From positions 1-64,000 of the IMG/VR virus record IMGVR_UViG_3300007106_000008: a stretch of DNA of 64,000 nt; one strand, written 5' to 3'. The stretch comes from a virus. The notes below the pieces were generated by a model. It was not told where the DNA came from, did no database searches, and saw only the letters and a program-made list of their open reading frames with translations. The position numbers were made by a program, and so were the translations under genes. Position 1 is the stretch's first letter. Each line of letters begins with the position of its first letter. This document shows, piece after piece, positions 1 through 9,693 of this stretch.

Positions 1-2
1 GT

Positions 3-1160
3 GAATGGAAAATTCGTATTAATGGTATGACTAACTATGACGTACTTTTAAATGGGTACCTGCTAACTACTGTATATACCCCCGGTTACATCAAAGATGC
101 TGGCTTTGGTTCTTTCTTTAATGGTGGTCTTATTAATCCACTGGTTAACGTGTACCAACCGGTGCTTATAAAAAATAATAGATATACTCGCAATGGTTTT
201 ATCAGCGTAAAAGTCTTTGGTGATTCTATTTCTGCACCTAGGGCGGATTGTTGGCCAAACTTCCTAAAAGATGAGTTAGAGTTTTCCGAGGGTGTACGTA
301 ACTGGAGTATAGTTAACAAAGCCATCCCAGGAGATACTACTGCAGGTCAGTTATCTATTATGCAATCTGAGGGTGTATCTGATGCAAACATTGTTGTTAT
401 TGCTATAGGTACTAATGACGGACAAGGTCAAACAGATCTTATTGCATTCAAAAATAACCTGACAGCAATGGTTAATTTATGCCACCTTGCAGGTGTTACC
501 GTAATTATGTGTAAGTTTGGTTTATGGTATACCCAGAAGGAAGCTGGTTCAGTAAGAGGGCAACCTTCAGCCAATGCTGAAAAAGCTTTCCGATACCGTA
601 ATACTGTAGCTCGTGTAGCTGCTGAAACAGGGGCTAAGCTTGTAGACCTTACAGCTATTGAAGGGCCAATTGCTGCTTACTATGTTAACCCTAATTTGAG
701 TGTGAATATGGTTGGTGCTGGTGATAGTGTATTGCATGATAATATACACCCTACTACTACTGCTAACTGTGTGATTGCTCGTGCAGTAGCCAGAAGCATC
801 ATGGGCACTCTATCCTCTGGTCGTATAGAACGAGTCAGTAATATGTCAGTTATTAGTGCCAAAAATAAATGGTTAGTTAATACATCTGACCGTCCAGCTT
901 CAGTCAATATTAGTAAGGGAGGTACGGTTTCCCTTGGTGGTATTATATTCAAGAGTGAAGGTGACACTGCCGATGGAACTCAAATTGCAACCATCCCAAG
1001 AAATATTGCACCAATTAATCAGGAACAATTCTTCGTCTACTCTGATACTCCTGGAGTAAGTGTTATTGTTAGTCCTGCTGGTGATATTACTTTGTATGGG
1101 GCAACCAGTTCTACCAACTTCATTGGGTTATCCGGCTTGTCTTGGTTGGTTAGAGAGTAA
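3..1160 (+). CDS. Tailspike C-terminal part with SGNH/GDSL esterase domain (G7C gp63.1-like O-antigen deacetylase candidate); 5' end cut by window edge
   Basis: Reading frame is open from nt 3 (EWKIRING precedes the first ATG at 27). SGNH blocks are visible: FGDSIS (block I), IGTNDG (block III), HDNIHPT (block V). It lies directly upstream of the lysis cassette. Confidence 0.7.
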   Translation, partial: EWKIRINGMTNYDVLLNGYLLTTVYTPGYIKDAGFGSFFNGGLINPLVNVYQPVLIKNNRYTRNGFISVKVFGDSISAPRADCWPNFLKDELEFSEGVRNWSIVNKAIPGDTTAGQLSIMQSEGVSDANIVVIAIGTNDGQGQTDLIAFKNNLTAMVNLCHLAGVTVIMCKFGLWYTQKEAGSVRGQPSANAEKAFRYRNTVARVAAETGAKLVDLTAIEGPIAAYYVNPNLSVNMVGAGDSVLHDNIHPTTTANCVIARAVARSIMGTLSSGRIERVSNMSVISAKNKWLVNTSDRPASVNISKGGTVSLGGIIFKSEGDTADGTQIATIPRNIAPINQEQFFVYSDTPGVSVIVSPAGDITLYGATSSTNFIGLSGLSWLVRE

Positions 1161-1190
1161 CACCTACAATAATTTTTTATTAAAAACCAA

Positions 1191-1220
1191 AGTCCTCCAT
1201 TAATGGGGGACTTTTTATTT
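1191..1220 (+). terminator. Rho-independent terminator after tailspike gene
   Basis: agtcctcc-attaat-gggggact stem (8 bp including one G.U) followed by tttttattt. Confidence 0.7.
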
Positions 1221-1272
1221 GTACTGTTCGCTTACTATAGTTAGTATTTGTAGGCCACCTTTGACTTAAATA

Positions 1273-1620
1273 ATGAGATTATATCTAATGACAAATGAAC
1301 CGGACAATGTGACCCTTGCTCGTTTAGAGGAACGTCTTCGGACTATCTTTGAAAACCAAACCCGTGAAACTAAGGCACGGGAAAAAATGGAGGAATCTAT
1401 AGGTAAACTACAAAACTCTATATTAGAGTCTGACTCACGCCTCAAACGTGTTGAGGAAAGTATTACTAAATCGGAACCTACTATCGAAGAGTTCATAACC
1501 ATTAAGCACAAAGTAGTTGGTGCTGGTGTTTTTGGTAAGTGGGTATGGTTAGGGGCAGGTGCAATAATCGGCGTTATAGCTGCTGCACGTAGGGAGATTT
1601 TCGCATGGTTCGCAGGATAA
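1273..1620 (+). CDS. Lysis-cassette membrane protein (holin/antiholin candidate, N4 gp63 position)
   Basis: 115 aa with a charged coiled-coil-like N-terminal part and a single C-terminal TM segment (GAGVFGKWVWLGAGAIIGVIAAA). Overlaps the next ORF. First gene of the lysis cluster. Confidence 0.5.
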   Translation: MRLYLMTNEPDNVTLARLEERLRTIFENQTRETKAREKMEESIGKLQNSILESDSRLKRVEESITKSEPTIEEFITIKHKVVGAGVFGKWVWLGAGAIIGVIAAARREIFAWFAG

Positions 1621-1868
1621 CCAAAAGAATTGAACTCGTACCTAATTGGAATAAATCCTGGAAATGGGCCTCTATTCAAATTAGTACTATAGGTTTAATT
1701 TTCTTTTCAGCAATAGATGTAATACAACCACTGTTTTCTAGTCTATCAAAGGATACCCTTGACCTGATTCCACATGGTTCTAGCATTACTATTACATTAT
1801 TTGCTTTAAACATTATAGGCAGGCTATTTAGGTTAAAACCTAAAGAGGTACAAAATGGCAACAGCTAA
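1605..1868 (+). CDS. Two-TM holin/pinholin candidate (N4 gp62 position)
   Basis: 87 aa with two hydrophobic helices (WASIQISTIGLIFFSAIDVI; SSITITLFALNIIGRLF) and a charged C-terminus. Overlaps both neighbours, immediately upstream of the endolysin. Confidence 0.55.
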   Translation: MVRRITKRIELVPNWNKSWKWASIQISTIGLIFFSAIDVIQPLFSSLSKDTLDLIPHGSSITITLFALNIIGRLFRLKPKEVQNGNS

Positions 1869-2493
1869 ACAAAAACTAGCAACAAAAGGTGGTGTAGTGA
1901 GTGGAGTAGTCGCAGCTATCCTGGGGGCTGTGTTTATGATGGAAGGGGGAGAAGTAAATAACCCTAAAGACCCAGGTGGCCATACTAATCTTGGTATTAC
2001 ACAGAAGGTGGCTGAATCCCATAAAGAAGTTCTTGCTAAAGAATTCGGTTGGGATGGTAAGATGGGTAGTCTTACAAAAGAAATGGCTGCCGAAGTTTAT
2101 ATAGATGATTATGTCCTAAAACCTAACTTCGTATCCTTTGCTGATGTATCTCCAGCCATTACCCATAAGTTAGTTGATGCTGGGGTTAATACTGGTACAT
2201 CTCGTCCTTCCATTTGGATTCAGCAATCCCTTAATGAAATGTCTAGGGATGGCAAAGACTACCCTAAAATCCAAGTTGATGGTAAAGTTGGTGCTGGTAC
2301 GGTTAATGCTTATAAGTCATTGCAGAAAAAACGAGGTAAAGTGGCTGCTTGTAACGTAATACTTAAGTTATTAGACGCAAAGCAACTTAATCATTATACC
2401 TCATTAAACATGCCAGACTTTACCTATGGATGGGTAAGTAACCGTATAGGCAACGTACCCCCGGAGGCTTGTAATGCAGATGCTACTCTCTAA
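1855..2493 (+). CDS. GH108-type N-acetylmuramidase endolysin with SAR-like N-terminus and PG_binding_3-like C-terminus (N4 gp61-like)
   Basis: GH108 signature MEGGEVNNPKDPGGHTNLGITQK, preceded by a weakly hydrophobic Gly/Ala-rich segment GGVVSGVVAAILGAVFMM. C-terminal IQVDGKVGAGTVNAY motif. Confidence 0.85.
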   Translation: MATAKQKLATKGGVVSGVVAAILGAVFMMEGGEVNNPKDPGGHTNLGITQKVAESHKEVLAKEFGWDGKMGSLTKEMAAEVYIDDYVLKPNFVSFADVSPAITHKLVDAGVNTGTSRPSIWIQQSLNEMSRDGKDYPKIQVDGKVGAGTVNAYKSLQKKRGKVAACNVILKLLDAKQLNHYTSLNMPDFTYGWVSNRIGNVPPEACNADATL

Positions 2494-2974
2494 GAGTTGG
2501 CCTATTGTTCTGGGAGTGGCTTTATTAGCCACTCTTTACTTTTGGGGAAACACTAATGGGCAGGATACAGTCCAAAAAAAGTGGGATGAACAAAAGAAAG
2601 AATACCAAAAGGCAACTAACCAATTACAGGACAAATACAATGTTCTTGAAAGAAACCACTCATATGAAGTTGGTGTACTCACTACTAGATTACAAGAGGC
2701 TGAGAGTAATTACACTAGCGAGCTTGCTCGCGTTAGTAGTAATTACGACAGCCGGATGCAGCAATCTGAAAGGAGAGCCAAGGTATATCAACGTCAAGCC
2801 CAAACCGGAACCTCTCAATGCACAAACCTTGCAAGCCATGCAGCCAGACTCGACAGTAGTCTTGAAGAAGGCAGACGTTTGGTTGAAGAACTCCGGGCAA
2901 CTGTTAGACTCCGTGATAGTCAACTGATTGAACTTGGTAATCAAATACAGGCTGATAGAACACTTTTTAAATAG
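2474..2974 (+). CDS. i-spanin (Rz-like)
   Basis: N-terminal TM ([16 protein letters not shown]) followed by a long charged coiled-coil-like periplasmic part. Last gene of the lysis cassette and contains an embedded +1 lipoprotein ORF. Confidence 0.75.
   Translation: MQMLLSKSWPIVLGVALLATLYFWGNTNGQDTVQKKWDEQKKEYQKATNQLQDKYNVLERNHSYEVGVLTTRLQEAESNYTSELARVSSNYDSRMQQSERRAKVYQRQAQTGTSQCTNLASHAARLDSSLEEGRRLVEELRATVRLRDSQLIELGNQIQADRTLFK
2664..2927 (+). CDS. o-spanin (Rz1-like lipoprotein) embedded in the Rz frame
   Basis: The internal ATG at 2664 of the 2556..2927 ORF gives [32 protein letters not shown]. This has lipobox TTAG|C followed by a Pro-rich short mature part (KPKPEP). It lies entirely inside the i-spanin gene in another frame. 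Confidence 0.7.
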   Translation: MKLVYSLLDYKRLRVITLASLLALVVITTAGCSNLKGEPRYINVKPKPEPLNAQTLQAMQPDSTVVLKKADVWLKNSGQLLDSVIVN

Positions 2975-2982
2975 GAACCATT

Positions 2983-5256
2983 ATGGAAAACGTTGATTCA
3001 ATGACCCCTTTACCAGACCCAGCCCAAACTGAACGGCTAACAAACTGGAAAAAGGAACCAAGCTTACAAGCATTAAAGGGTGACTTGGAAGCTGCTAAAC
3101 CTGCTCACGATGCAATCATGAATGAGATTCGTGAATGGAATGATTTGGCTCAGGTAAAGGGTTCTGCTAAGCCCCCTAAGATAAAGGGGCGAAGCCAAGT
3201 ACAACCTAAATTAGTTAGACGTCAGGCAGAATGGAGATATGCTCCTTTATCAGAACCATTCCTTTCATCCTCTAAGTTATTCAAAATAACCCCTGCTACT
3301 TGGGAAGATGAGGAAGCTGCTAGACAAAATGAGTTGGTACTTAATTATCAGTTCAGAACCCAACTCAATCGAATTAAATTAATTGATGATTTTGTACGTA
3401 GTAACGTAGATGACGGTACTGCTATTGCCCGTGTTGGCTGGGAAAGGGAAACCATCAAAGTTAAGGAGCAGGCTCCTGTTTTTGAAATGTATCCCATAGA
3501 AGACCAAGAGAAAGCCAACATTCTACAACAGGCATTGCAATTGCAAGTTGATAATCCAAGGGGTTATGACGAAACAGTTGCAGACGATGTTAAAGAAGCT
3601 GTTAATTATTTCCATGAGACTAATGAAGCTACTTATGCAGTTCAGACTGGATTTACTGAGGTTGAGATTGATAAGGCTTTAGTAAATCGACCTACCGTTC
3701 AATTTGTTAACCCTAACAACGTAGTCATTGACCCATCTTGTAATGGCGACCTTGATAAGGCTATGTATGCTGTAATCTCTTTTGAAACATGTAAGTCTGA
3801 TTTACTTAAAGAAAGAGACCGGTATAAAAATTTAGATAAAATTGATTGGGAAAGCTCCTCTCCAATTACTGACCCAGACCATGAAAGTAAAACACCGGGT
3901 GATTTCCAATTCCGTGATGCTATGCGTAAAAAAGTTGTAGCTTATGAGTATTGGGGATTCTGGGATACAGATGGAGATGGTCAACTTAAACCAATTGTTG
4001 CTACTTGGATTGGTTCTACTTTAATTCGTTTAGAAGATAACCCTTACCCAGATGGTAAGATTCCTTTTGTAGTGGTTCCTTACATGCCACGTAAACGTGA
4101 ACTGTATGGGGAATCTGATGCTGAGTTACTTGGTGATAACCAGAAAGTTTTAGGTGCTACAATGCGTGGCATGATTGACCTTCTTGGTAGAAGTGCCAAT
4201 GGTCAAAAAGGTTATCCTAAAGGTTTACTGGATACTCTTAACCGTCGACGTTTCGAAGATGGTACTGACTATGAGTATAACCCTCAACAAGGTAACCCTA
4301 GTCAATCTATAATTGAGCATAGGTTCCCTGAAATACCACAATCTGCACTAACCATGGCTACGTTACAAAACCAAGAAGCTGAAGCACTTACTGGTGTCAA
4401 AGCATTTGCTGGTGGTGTAACAGGAGAAGCTTATGGTGATGTGGCTGCTGGTATTCGTGGTGTACTAGATGCTGCCAGTAAACGTGAGATGTCTATTCTT
4501 CGTCGTCTTGCAAAAGGTATGGCAGATATAGGTACAAAAATATGTTCAATGAATGCTGTGTTTTTATCTGAAACTGAAGTGGTACGAATTACTAATGAAC
4601 AATACATAACTGTAAAAAGAGAAGACCTCAAAGGTAACTTCGACATTGAAGTTGATATTAATACTGCTGAGATTGATAACCAGAAGTCTCAGGACTTGGG
4701 ATTCATGGTTCAAACTTTAGGTAATACAGTTGACCAAAGTATTACTCTTAAGCTTCTGGCTAAAATTGCAGAACTTAAACGTATGCCTGAATTAGCGCAT
4801 GAATTAAGGAATTGGAAGCCAGAACCTGACCCTGTAGAAGAGCAAATGAAACAATTAGCACTGGAAAAAGCACAGCTTGAGAATGAAGTACTTAAGTCTC
4901 AGGTTGCACTTAATAATGCTAAGGCTGATGCTGAATCTGCTAGAAAAGATTTAACTAATCTGGATTATCTGGAACAAGAATCGGGTACTAAACATGCTCG
5001 TGAAATGGATAAGATGAAAGCACAATCACAAGGTAATCAAAACCTTCAAGTAACTAAGGCATTGACAACCCCTAGTAAAGAAGGAGAAACTACCCCTAAC
5101 ATATCTGCTGCTGTTGGTTATAATGCATTAACCGATGGAGTGAATAATACTTTGGAACGTGACCAAGCTGCTCAGAAAGACCCAGCTTTATCTATTAACT
5201 CACGTTATTACGACCCTAGCCAAGACCCATCATCAAGTCTTGGCATGAATTTATAA
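2983..5256 (+). CDS. Portal protein (N4 gp59-like)
   Basis: 757 aa. Size and position (between the lysis cassette and the capsid gene) match the N4 gp59 portal. Acidic/Gln-rich C-terminal tail. Confidence 0.75.
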   Translation: MENVDSMTPLPDPAQTERLTNWKKEPSLQALKGDLEAAKPAHDAIMNEIREWNDLAQVKGSAKPPKIKGRSQVQPKLVRRQAEWRYAPLSEPFLSSSKLFKITPATWEDEEAARQNELVLNYQFRTQLNRIKLIDDFVRSNVDDGTAIARVGWERETIKVKEQAPVFEMYPIEDQEKANILQQALQLQVDNPRGYDETVADDVKEAVNYFHETNEATYAVQTGFTEVEIDKALVNRPTVQFVNPNNVVIDPSCNGDLDKAMYAVISFETCKSDLLKERDRYKNLDKIDWESSSPITDPDHESKTPGDFQFRDAMRKKVVAYEYWGFWDTDGDGQLKPIVATWIGSTLIRLEDNPYPDGKIPFVVVPYMPRKRELYGESDAELLGDNQKVLGATMRGMIDLLGRSANGQKGYPKGLLDTLNRRRFEDGTDYEYNPQQGNPSQSIIEHRFPEIPQSALTMATLQNQEAEALTGVKAFAGGVTGEAYGDVAAGIRGVLDAASKREMSILRRLAKGMADIGTKICSMNAVFLSETEVVRITNEQYITVKREDLKGNFDIEVDINTAEIDNQKSQDLGFMVQTLGNTVDQSITLKLLAKIAELKRMPELAHELRNWKPEPDPVEEQMKQLALEKAQLENEVLKSQVALNNAKADAESARKDLTNLDYLEQESGTKHAREMDKMKAQSQGNQNLQVTKALTTPSKEGETTPNISAAVGYNALTDGVNNTLERDQAAQKDPALSINSRYYDPSQDPSSSLGMNL

Positions 5257-5272
5257 ATAGAGGCAGACCTTC

Positions 5273-5620
5273 ATGATTAGTAAAGAAACAGAAGTAGCTG
5301 GTTTAGAGCACGAAATTAAAGGCACTAAACAAATTATTGAGCATGGTAAAGAAGTAACTAAATTAGTTAGTAACTCTCTTTTCCGTAAAGTTATTTTAGA
5401 AGAATTCTGTACTAAACAATGTGCTCGTTACGTACAGGAATCTGGTGACCCTTTGCTAGATGCAAACCAACGTGCCGATGCACTAGCTATGGCTCAATCG
5501 GCAGGTCATTTACGCCGTTGGTTAGATTTAGCGATTCGTATGGGTGATGCTTCAGATGGTCGCTTATCTGAGTTAGAACAAGAACTCGATTATATGCGTT
5601 CCCAACCAGAAGATGAGTAA
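5273..5620 (+). CDS. Hypothetical late protein (N4 gp58 position)
   Basis: 115-aa ORF tightly packed between the portal gene and the next late gene. Confidence 0.6.
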   Translation: MISKETEVAGLEHEIKGTKQIIEHGKEVTKLVSNSLFRKVILEEFCTKQCARYVQESGDPLLDANQRADALAMAQSAGHLRRWLDLAIRMGDASDGRLSELEQELDYMRSQPEDE

Positions 5621-5643
5621 TTAAATAACTGGAGAAATACCTT

Positions 5644-6855
5644 ATGAAACCGGAAGCCACTAATGAGGCTTCCGACATTCTAGCAATGTCGGATGATGAG
5701 ATTCTGAATATGACTGCCCCTACTTCTGAGGAAACTCAAATAGAAGTAGAAATTCCAGTCACTCAGAACAGCCCAGAAAATGACGACGTAACTACTGAGC
5801 AAGAAGTAGTTAACACACAACCTGTAATTGAACCTGATGCTACTGATATAGTTGAAGATGAAGCAAATAATTTAACTTCTGATAAAGATGGTGCTAAAGT
5901 CACTAATACAGAAGTTGATAGTAACGGTGAGCCGATTACTAAAGCTGAACCTTCTACTACTGAACCAGGCCAGGAACAGAATGAAGAAGGTAATCAGTCT
6001 GAAGGTCTGCCTGCTGACTTCAACTACGAGGCTGGTTACAAGCAGTTGATGGCTCCATTTAAAGCTAACGGTAAAATGATTACTCCCCGTTCACCGGAGG
6101 AGGCCATTAGCCTGATGCAGATGGGTGCTAATTACACTCGCAAAATGCAAGAACTTCAGCCGTACCGTAAAGTAATGCTGATGCTACAAAACAACAATTT
6201 AATGGATGAAGGTAAACTGTCTTACTTAATTGACCTAGATAAGAAGAACCCTGACGCCATTAAGAAGTTGGTGAAAGAAGCTGGTATTGACCCTCTAGAT
6301 ATTAATCCAGAGGATGAAGTTAATTACCAAGCAGGCAATCACCGTGTAACTGATACTGAAGCAGCATTTGCAACCGAACTGGATGATTTAAAGTCTACCC
6401 CAGAAGGACAAGCTACTTTAGGTGTAATTGCTCAGACATGGGATGATGCCAGTAAAGAAGCACTGTTTGAGAATCGTGGCTTACTTCAAACTATTCAATC
6501 TCAGCGTGAGAATGGTTTATATGAAACCATTACCAATGAGATTCATCGTTTGCAAATGTTAGGTCAGATTCCGACTGGTACTCCGTTTATTCAGGCTTAT
6601 AATAGTGTCGGTAATATGCTTGCACAACAAGGTGTATTTAACCGTCCTACTAATAAGCCTGGAGTAACAAGACCAGTGGTTACTGCACCAGTAGCAACTC
6701 GTGTAGTATCGCCTAAACCGACTGTTACTAATTCGGAACAAGCTAGTGCTGCATCGCCTAGTCGAGCTGCACCACGTAAAGTAGAAACACTAATTAATCC
6801 ACTCTCTATGAGTGATGATGACTTTGCTAAACTACCTAGTCCCGGTGGACTTTAA
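5644..6855 (+). CDS. Acidic late protein, scaffolding candidate (N4 gp57 position)
   Basis: 403 aa with a very acidic low-complexity N-terminal third. Located immediately upstream of the major capsid gene. Function inferred from position only. Confidence 0.5.
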   Translation: MKPEATNEASDILAMSDDEILNMTAPTSEETQIEVEIPVTQNSPENDDVTTEQEVVNTQPVIEPDATDIVEDEANNLTSDKDGAKVTNTEVDSNGEPITKAEPSTTEPGQEQNEEGNQSEGLPADFNYEAGYKQLMAPFKANGKMITPRSPEEAISLMQMGANYTRKMQELQPYRKVMLMLQNNNLMDEGKLSYLIDLDKKNPDAIKKLVKEAGIDPLDINPEDEVNYQAGNHRVTDTEAAFATELDDLKSTPEGQATLGVIAQTWDDASKEALFENRGLLQTIQSQRENGLYETITNEIHRLQMLGQIPTGTPFIQAYNSVGNMLAQQGVFNRPTNKPGVTRPVVTAPVATRVVSPKPTVTNSEQASAASPSRAAPRKVETLINPLSMSDDDFAKLPSPGGL

Positions 6856-6867
6856 TAGGAAACGATT

Positions 6868-8073
6868 ATGTTGAATTACAACGCTCCAATTGATGGTCAA
6901 AAATCTAGTATTGATGGTGCTGGTTCAGACCAAATGAATACTTTCTACTGGTTAAAGAAAGCTATTATTACTGCCCGTAAAGACCAATACTTTATGCCTC
7001 TGGCTTCTGTAACTAACATGCCAAAGAACTATGGTAAAACCATCAAGGTTTACGAATATGTTCCTTTGCTGGATGACCGTAACATTAATGACCAAGGTAT
7101 TGATGCCAATGGTGCAACCATTGTTAATGGTAACTTGTATGGCTCAAGTAAAGATATTGGTAACATTACCTCTAAGCTTCCACTACTTACTGAAAATGGT
7201 GGGCGAGTTAACCGAGTAGGATTTACCCGTTTATCTCGTGAAGGTTCCATCCATAAGTTTGGCTTCTTCTATGAGTTTACCCAAGAGTCTTTGGACTTCG
7301 ATTCTGATGATGGCTTGAAAGAACATCTGTCTCGTGAACTAATGAATGGTGCTATTCAACTTACAGAAGCTGTTCTGCAAAAAGACTTGCTGGCCTCTGC
7401 TGGTACTGTTCTGTATGCAGGTGCTGCTACATCCGATGCAGAGATTACTGGGGAAGGTACTACTCCTTCTGTTCTTACTTACAAGAACTTAATGCGTCTT
7501 GACCAGATTCTTACTGATAACCGTACCCCAACTCAGACTACTATCATCACTGGTTCACGTCTGATTGATACTAAAGTTATTGGTGGTACTCGTGTTGCAT
7601 ACGTAGGTTCTGAATTGGTTCCTGAATTGAAAGCAATGAAAGACCTATTTGGTAATAAAGCTTTCATTGAAATTCAGCATTATGGTGATGCTGGTACTCT
7701 GATGAATGGTGAGATTGGTTCTATTGATAAGTTCCGTTTCATTCAGGTACCTGAAATGCTGCATTGGGCTGGTGCTGGTGCTGAAGCAACTTCTGCTAAT
7801 CCGGGTTACCGTACCTCTATGGTTGATGGTAATGAACACTATGACATTTTCCCAATCCTAGTGGTTGGTGATGACTCATTTACCTCTATCGGATTCCAGA
7901 CTGATGGTAAATCTGTTAAGTTCACTGTCATGACTAAAATGCCAGGTAAAGAAACTGCTGACCGTAATGACCCATTCGGTGAGACTGGTTTCTCTAGTAT
8001 CAAATGGTACTATGGTATTCTGGTTAAACGCCCAGAACGTTTGGCAGTAGTTAAAGCTGTTGCACCTCTGTAA
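6868..8073 (+). CDS. Major capsid protein (N4 gp56-like)
   Basis: 401 aa. Position and size match N4 gp56. Followed by a strong hairpin, as is typical for highly expressed capsid genes. Confidence 0.8.
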   Translation: MLNYNAPIDGQKSSIDGAGSDQMNTFYWLKKAIITARKDQYFMPLASVTNMPKNYGKTIKVYEYVPLLDDRNINDQGIDANGATIVNGNLYGSSKDIGNITSKLPLLTENGGRVNRVGFTRLSREGSIHKFGFFYEFTQESLDFDSDDGLKEHLSRELMNGAIQLTEAVLQKDLLASAGTVLYAGAATSDAEITGEGTTPSVLTYKNLMRLDQILTDNRTPTQTTIITGSRLIDTKVIGGTRVAYVGSELVPELKAMKDLFGNKAFIEIQHYGDAGTLMNGEIGSIDKFRFIQVPEMLHWAGAGAEATSANPGYRTSMVDGNEHYDIFPILVVGDDSFTSIGFQTDGKSVKFTVMTKMPGKETADRNDPFGETGFSSIKWYYGILVKRPERLAVVKAVAPL

Positions 8074-8098
8074 TAGTTAGTAGTATTCAACTAAACCT

Positions 8099-8118
8099 AG
8101 GGGAGGATTACCTCCCCT
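8099..8118 (+). terminator. Hairpin after capsid gene (weak terminator/attenuator)
   Basis: aggggagg-atta-cctcccct 8-bp GC-rich stem, with only a poor U-tract (cttatata). Confidence 0.4.
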
Positions 8119-8140
8119 CTTATATAAGCAAGGAAATATC

Positions 8141-8776
8141 ATGAGCATTAACGACAAACCGACCACTGAACAAGAAGATATTATTCAGGGCAACGAAACC
8201 GTTGATGAGATTCAGCCAGATGAACTCTCTATTCTAAAACAACGTGCAACTCTAATGGGGCTTAAATTCTCTAACAATATTGGTTTAGAGGCTTTGCGTA
8301 AAAAAGTATCAGATATCCAAGAAGGTAAGGTAGAACCAGAAGAGCAAGTTAACCCTTTAGAAGAGGGTATTAAAGCTCCCCCAAAAGGTGAAACTAAAAC
8401 TGAGATGTCCCGACGCATTCGTCTTGAACAGACTCGTTTGATACGTGTTCGTATACAAAACCTTGACCCTAAAAAGAAAGACTTACCTGGTGAAATTATT
8501 ACAGTAGCTAACGAATACATTGGTACTATTAAGAAATTTGTACCATTTGGTGAAGCTACTGATGATGGCTACCATATCCCTTACTGTATTTATACTTTCC
8601 TGCAAAATCGTAAGTTCTTAAATATTCGTGTTACTAAGGGTAAAAATGGTCGCCCCAATATTCAGCAAGGTTGGGTACGTGAATTCTCGATTGAAGTATT
8701 ACCTCAGTTGACACAAGAAGAATTAACCAATCTAGCTCAGGCACAAATTGCTGCTGGTAGCTTAAACGAGCAATAA
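8141..8776 (+). CDS. Hypothetical late protein (N4 gp55 position)
   Basis: 211-aa ORF in the late module. Confidence 0.6.
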   Translation: MSINDKPTTEQEDIIQGNETVDEIQPDELSILKQRATLMGLKFSNNIGLEALRKKVSDIQEGKVEPEEQVNPLEEGIKAPPKGETKTEMSRRIRLEQTRLIRVRIQNLDPKKKDLPGEIITVANEYIGTIKKFVPFGEATDDGYHIPYCIYTFLQNRKFLNIRVTKGKNGRPNIQQGWVREFSIEVLPQLTQEELTNLAQAQIAAGSLNEQ

Positions 8777-8795
8777 CGTATAAGCTGTAAAAACC

Positions 8796-8832
8796 ACGGC
8801 TCACTGGTTAATACCGTGAGCCGTTTCTATTT
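8796..8832 (+). terminator. Rho-independent terminator
   Basis: acggctcac-(11 nt)-gtgagccgt stem followed by ttctatttc. Confidence 0.6.
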
Positions 8833-8850
8833 CAACTAGAGGAAATACAT

Positions 8851-9684
8851 ATGTCTTGTGGATCAGAGGTAGAAGCTAACCGATTACTACTTGCCCTTAC
8901 TGATGGGGAAGATTTCTCTTTACCTAACATAGATATGAATGGCCCAGAATGGGATATCCCAGGTGGTAGTAATTCACCTATATTTGGTCAGATTGATAAA
9001 GTCACCAATGAATCACTAACTACCCGTCAAGTTGGTGGTAGTGGTGTATTTGATGCACTTATGCAATCTGCCTATGTACATCTTAAGCAAGAATTCAAAG
9101 ATGGTAGGATTACAGGAGGTGACTACACTAAAGCCTACATTGCTACATTAGAGGCTTGCATGGGTAATGCTGTTCAATTCTTACTTGGTAGAGATAATGC
9201 ATATTGGCAGGCAGCTCTTGGTCAAATTCAAGCTGTTACTGCTCGTGTTGGGCTAGCAACTGCTAAGGCACAGTACGTATTAGCTAAAGCACAAGCTCTT
9301 ACTTCCAAGGCTGATTTTGGTCTTACTAAACTTAAACTGTCTACAGAAAGTGAAACTTACTGTGCTGCATTGTTTAACTCAAGTAAAACTCTTCCCCAAC
9401 AATTACAATTATTAGTAGAACAAACTGAAGCTCAACGTGCTCAGACTATGGACAACCGTTCTGATGGTGCTGGTATTGCTGGTTCTATTGGTAAACAGAA
9501 AGAACTCTATACTCAGCAAATTGTGTCATACCAACGTGATGCAGAAGTTAAAGCAGCTAAGATGTTCTCTGATGCTTGGATTACTCAGAAGACTATTGAT
9601 GAAGGTCTTAATCCACCTAATAGCTTTACCAACTCTATTGTTGATGAAGTAATGAGTACAGTTAAAACTAAGAACAATTTGTAA
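8851..9684 (+). CDS. Virion structural protein (N4 gp54 position)
   Basis: 277-aa ORF with SD aggaaa 6 nt upstream. Synteny with the N4 late module. Confidence 0.6.
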   Translation: MSCGSEVEANRLLLALTDGEDFSLPNIDMNGPEWDIPGGSNSPIFGQIDKVTNESLTTRQVGGSGVFDALMQSAYVHLKQEFKDGRITGGDYTKAYIATLEACMGNAVQFLLGRDNAYWQAALGQIQAVTARVGLATAKAQYVLAKAQALTSKADFGLTKLKLSTESETYCAALFNSSKTLPQQLQLLVEQTEAQRAQTMDNRSDGAGIAGSIGKQKELYTQQIVSYQRDAEVKAAKMFSDAWITQKTIDEGLNPPNSFTNSIVDEVMSTVKTKNNL

Positions 9685-9693
9685 GGGAAAACT

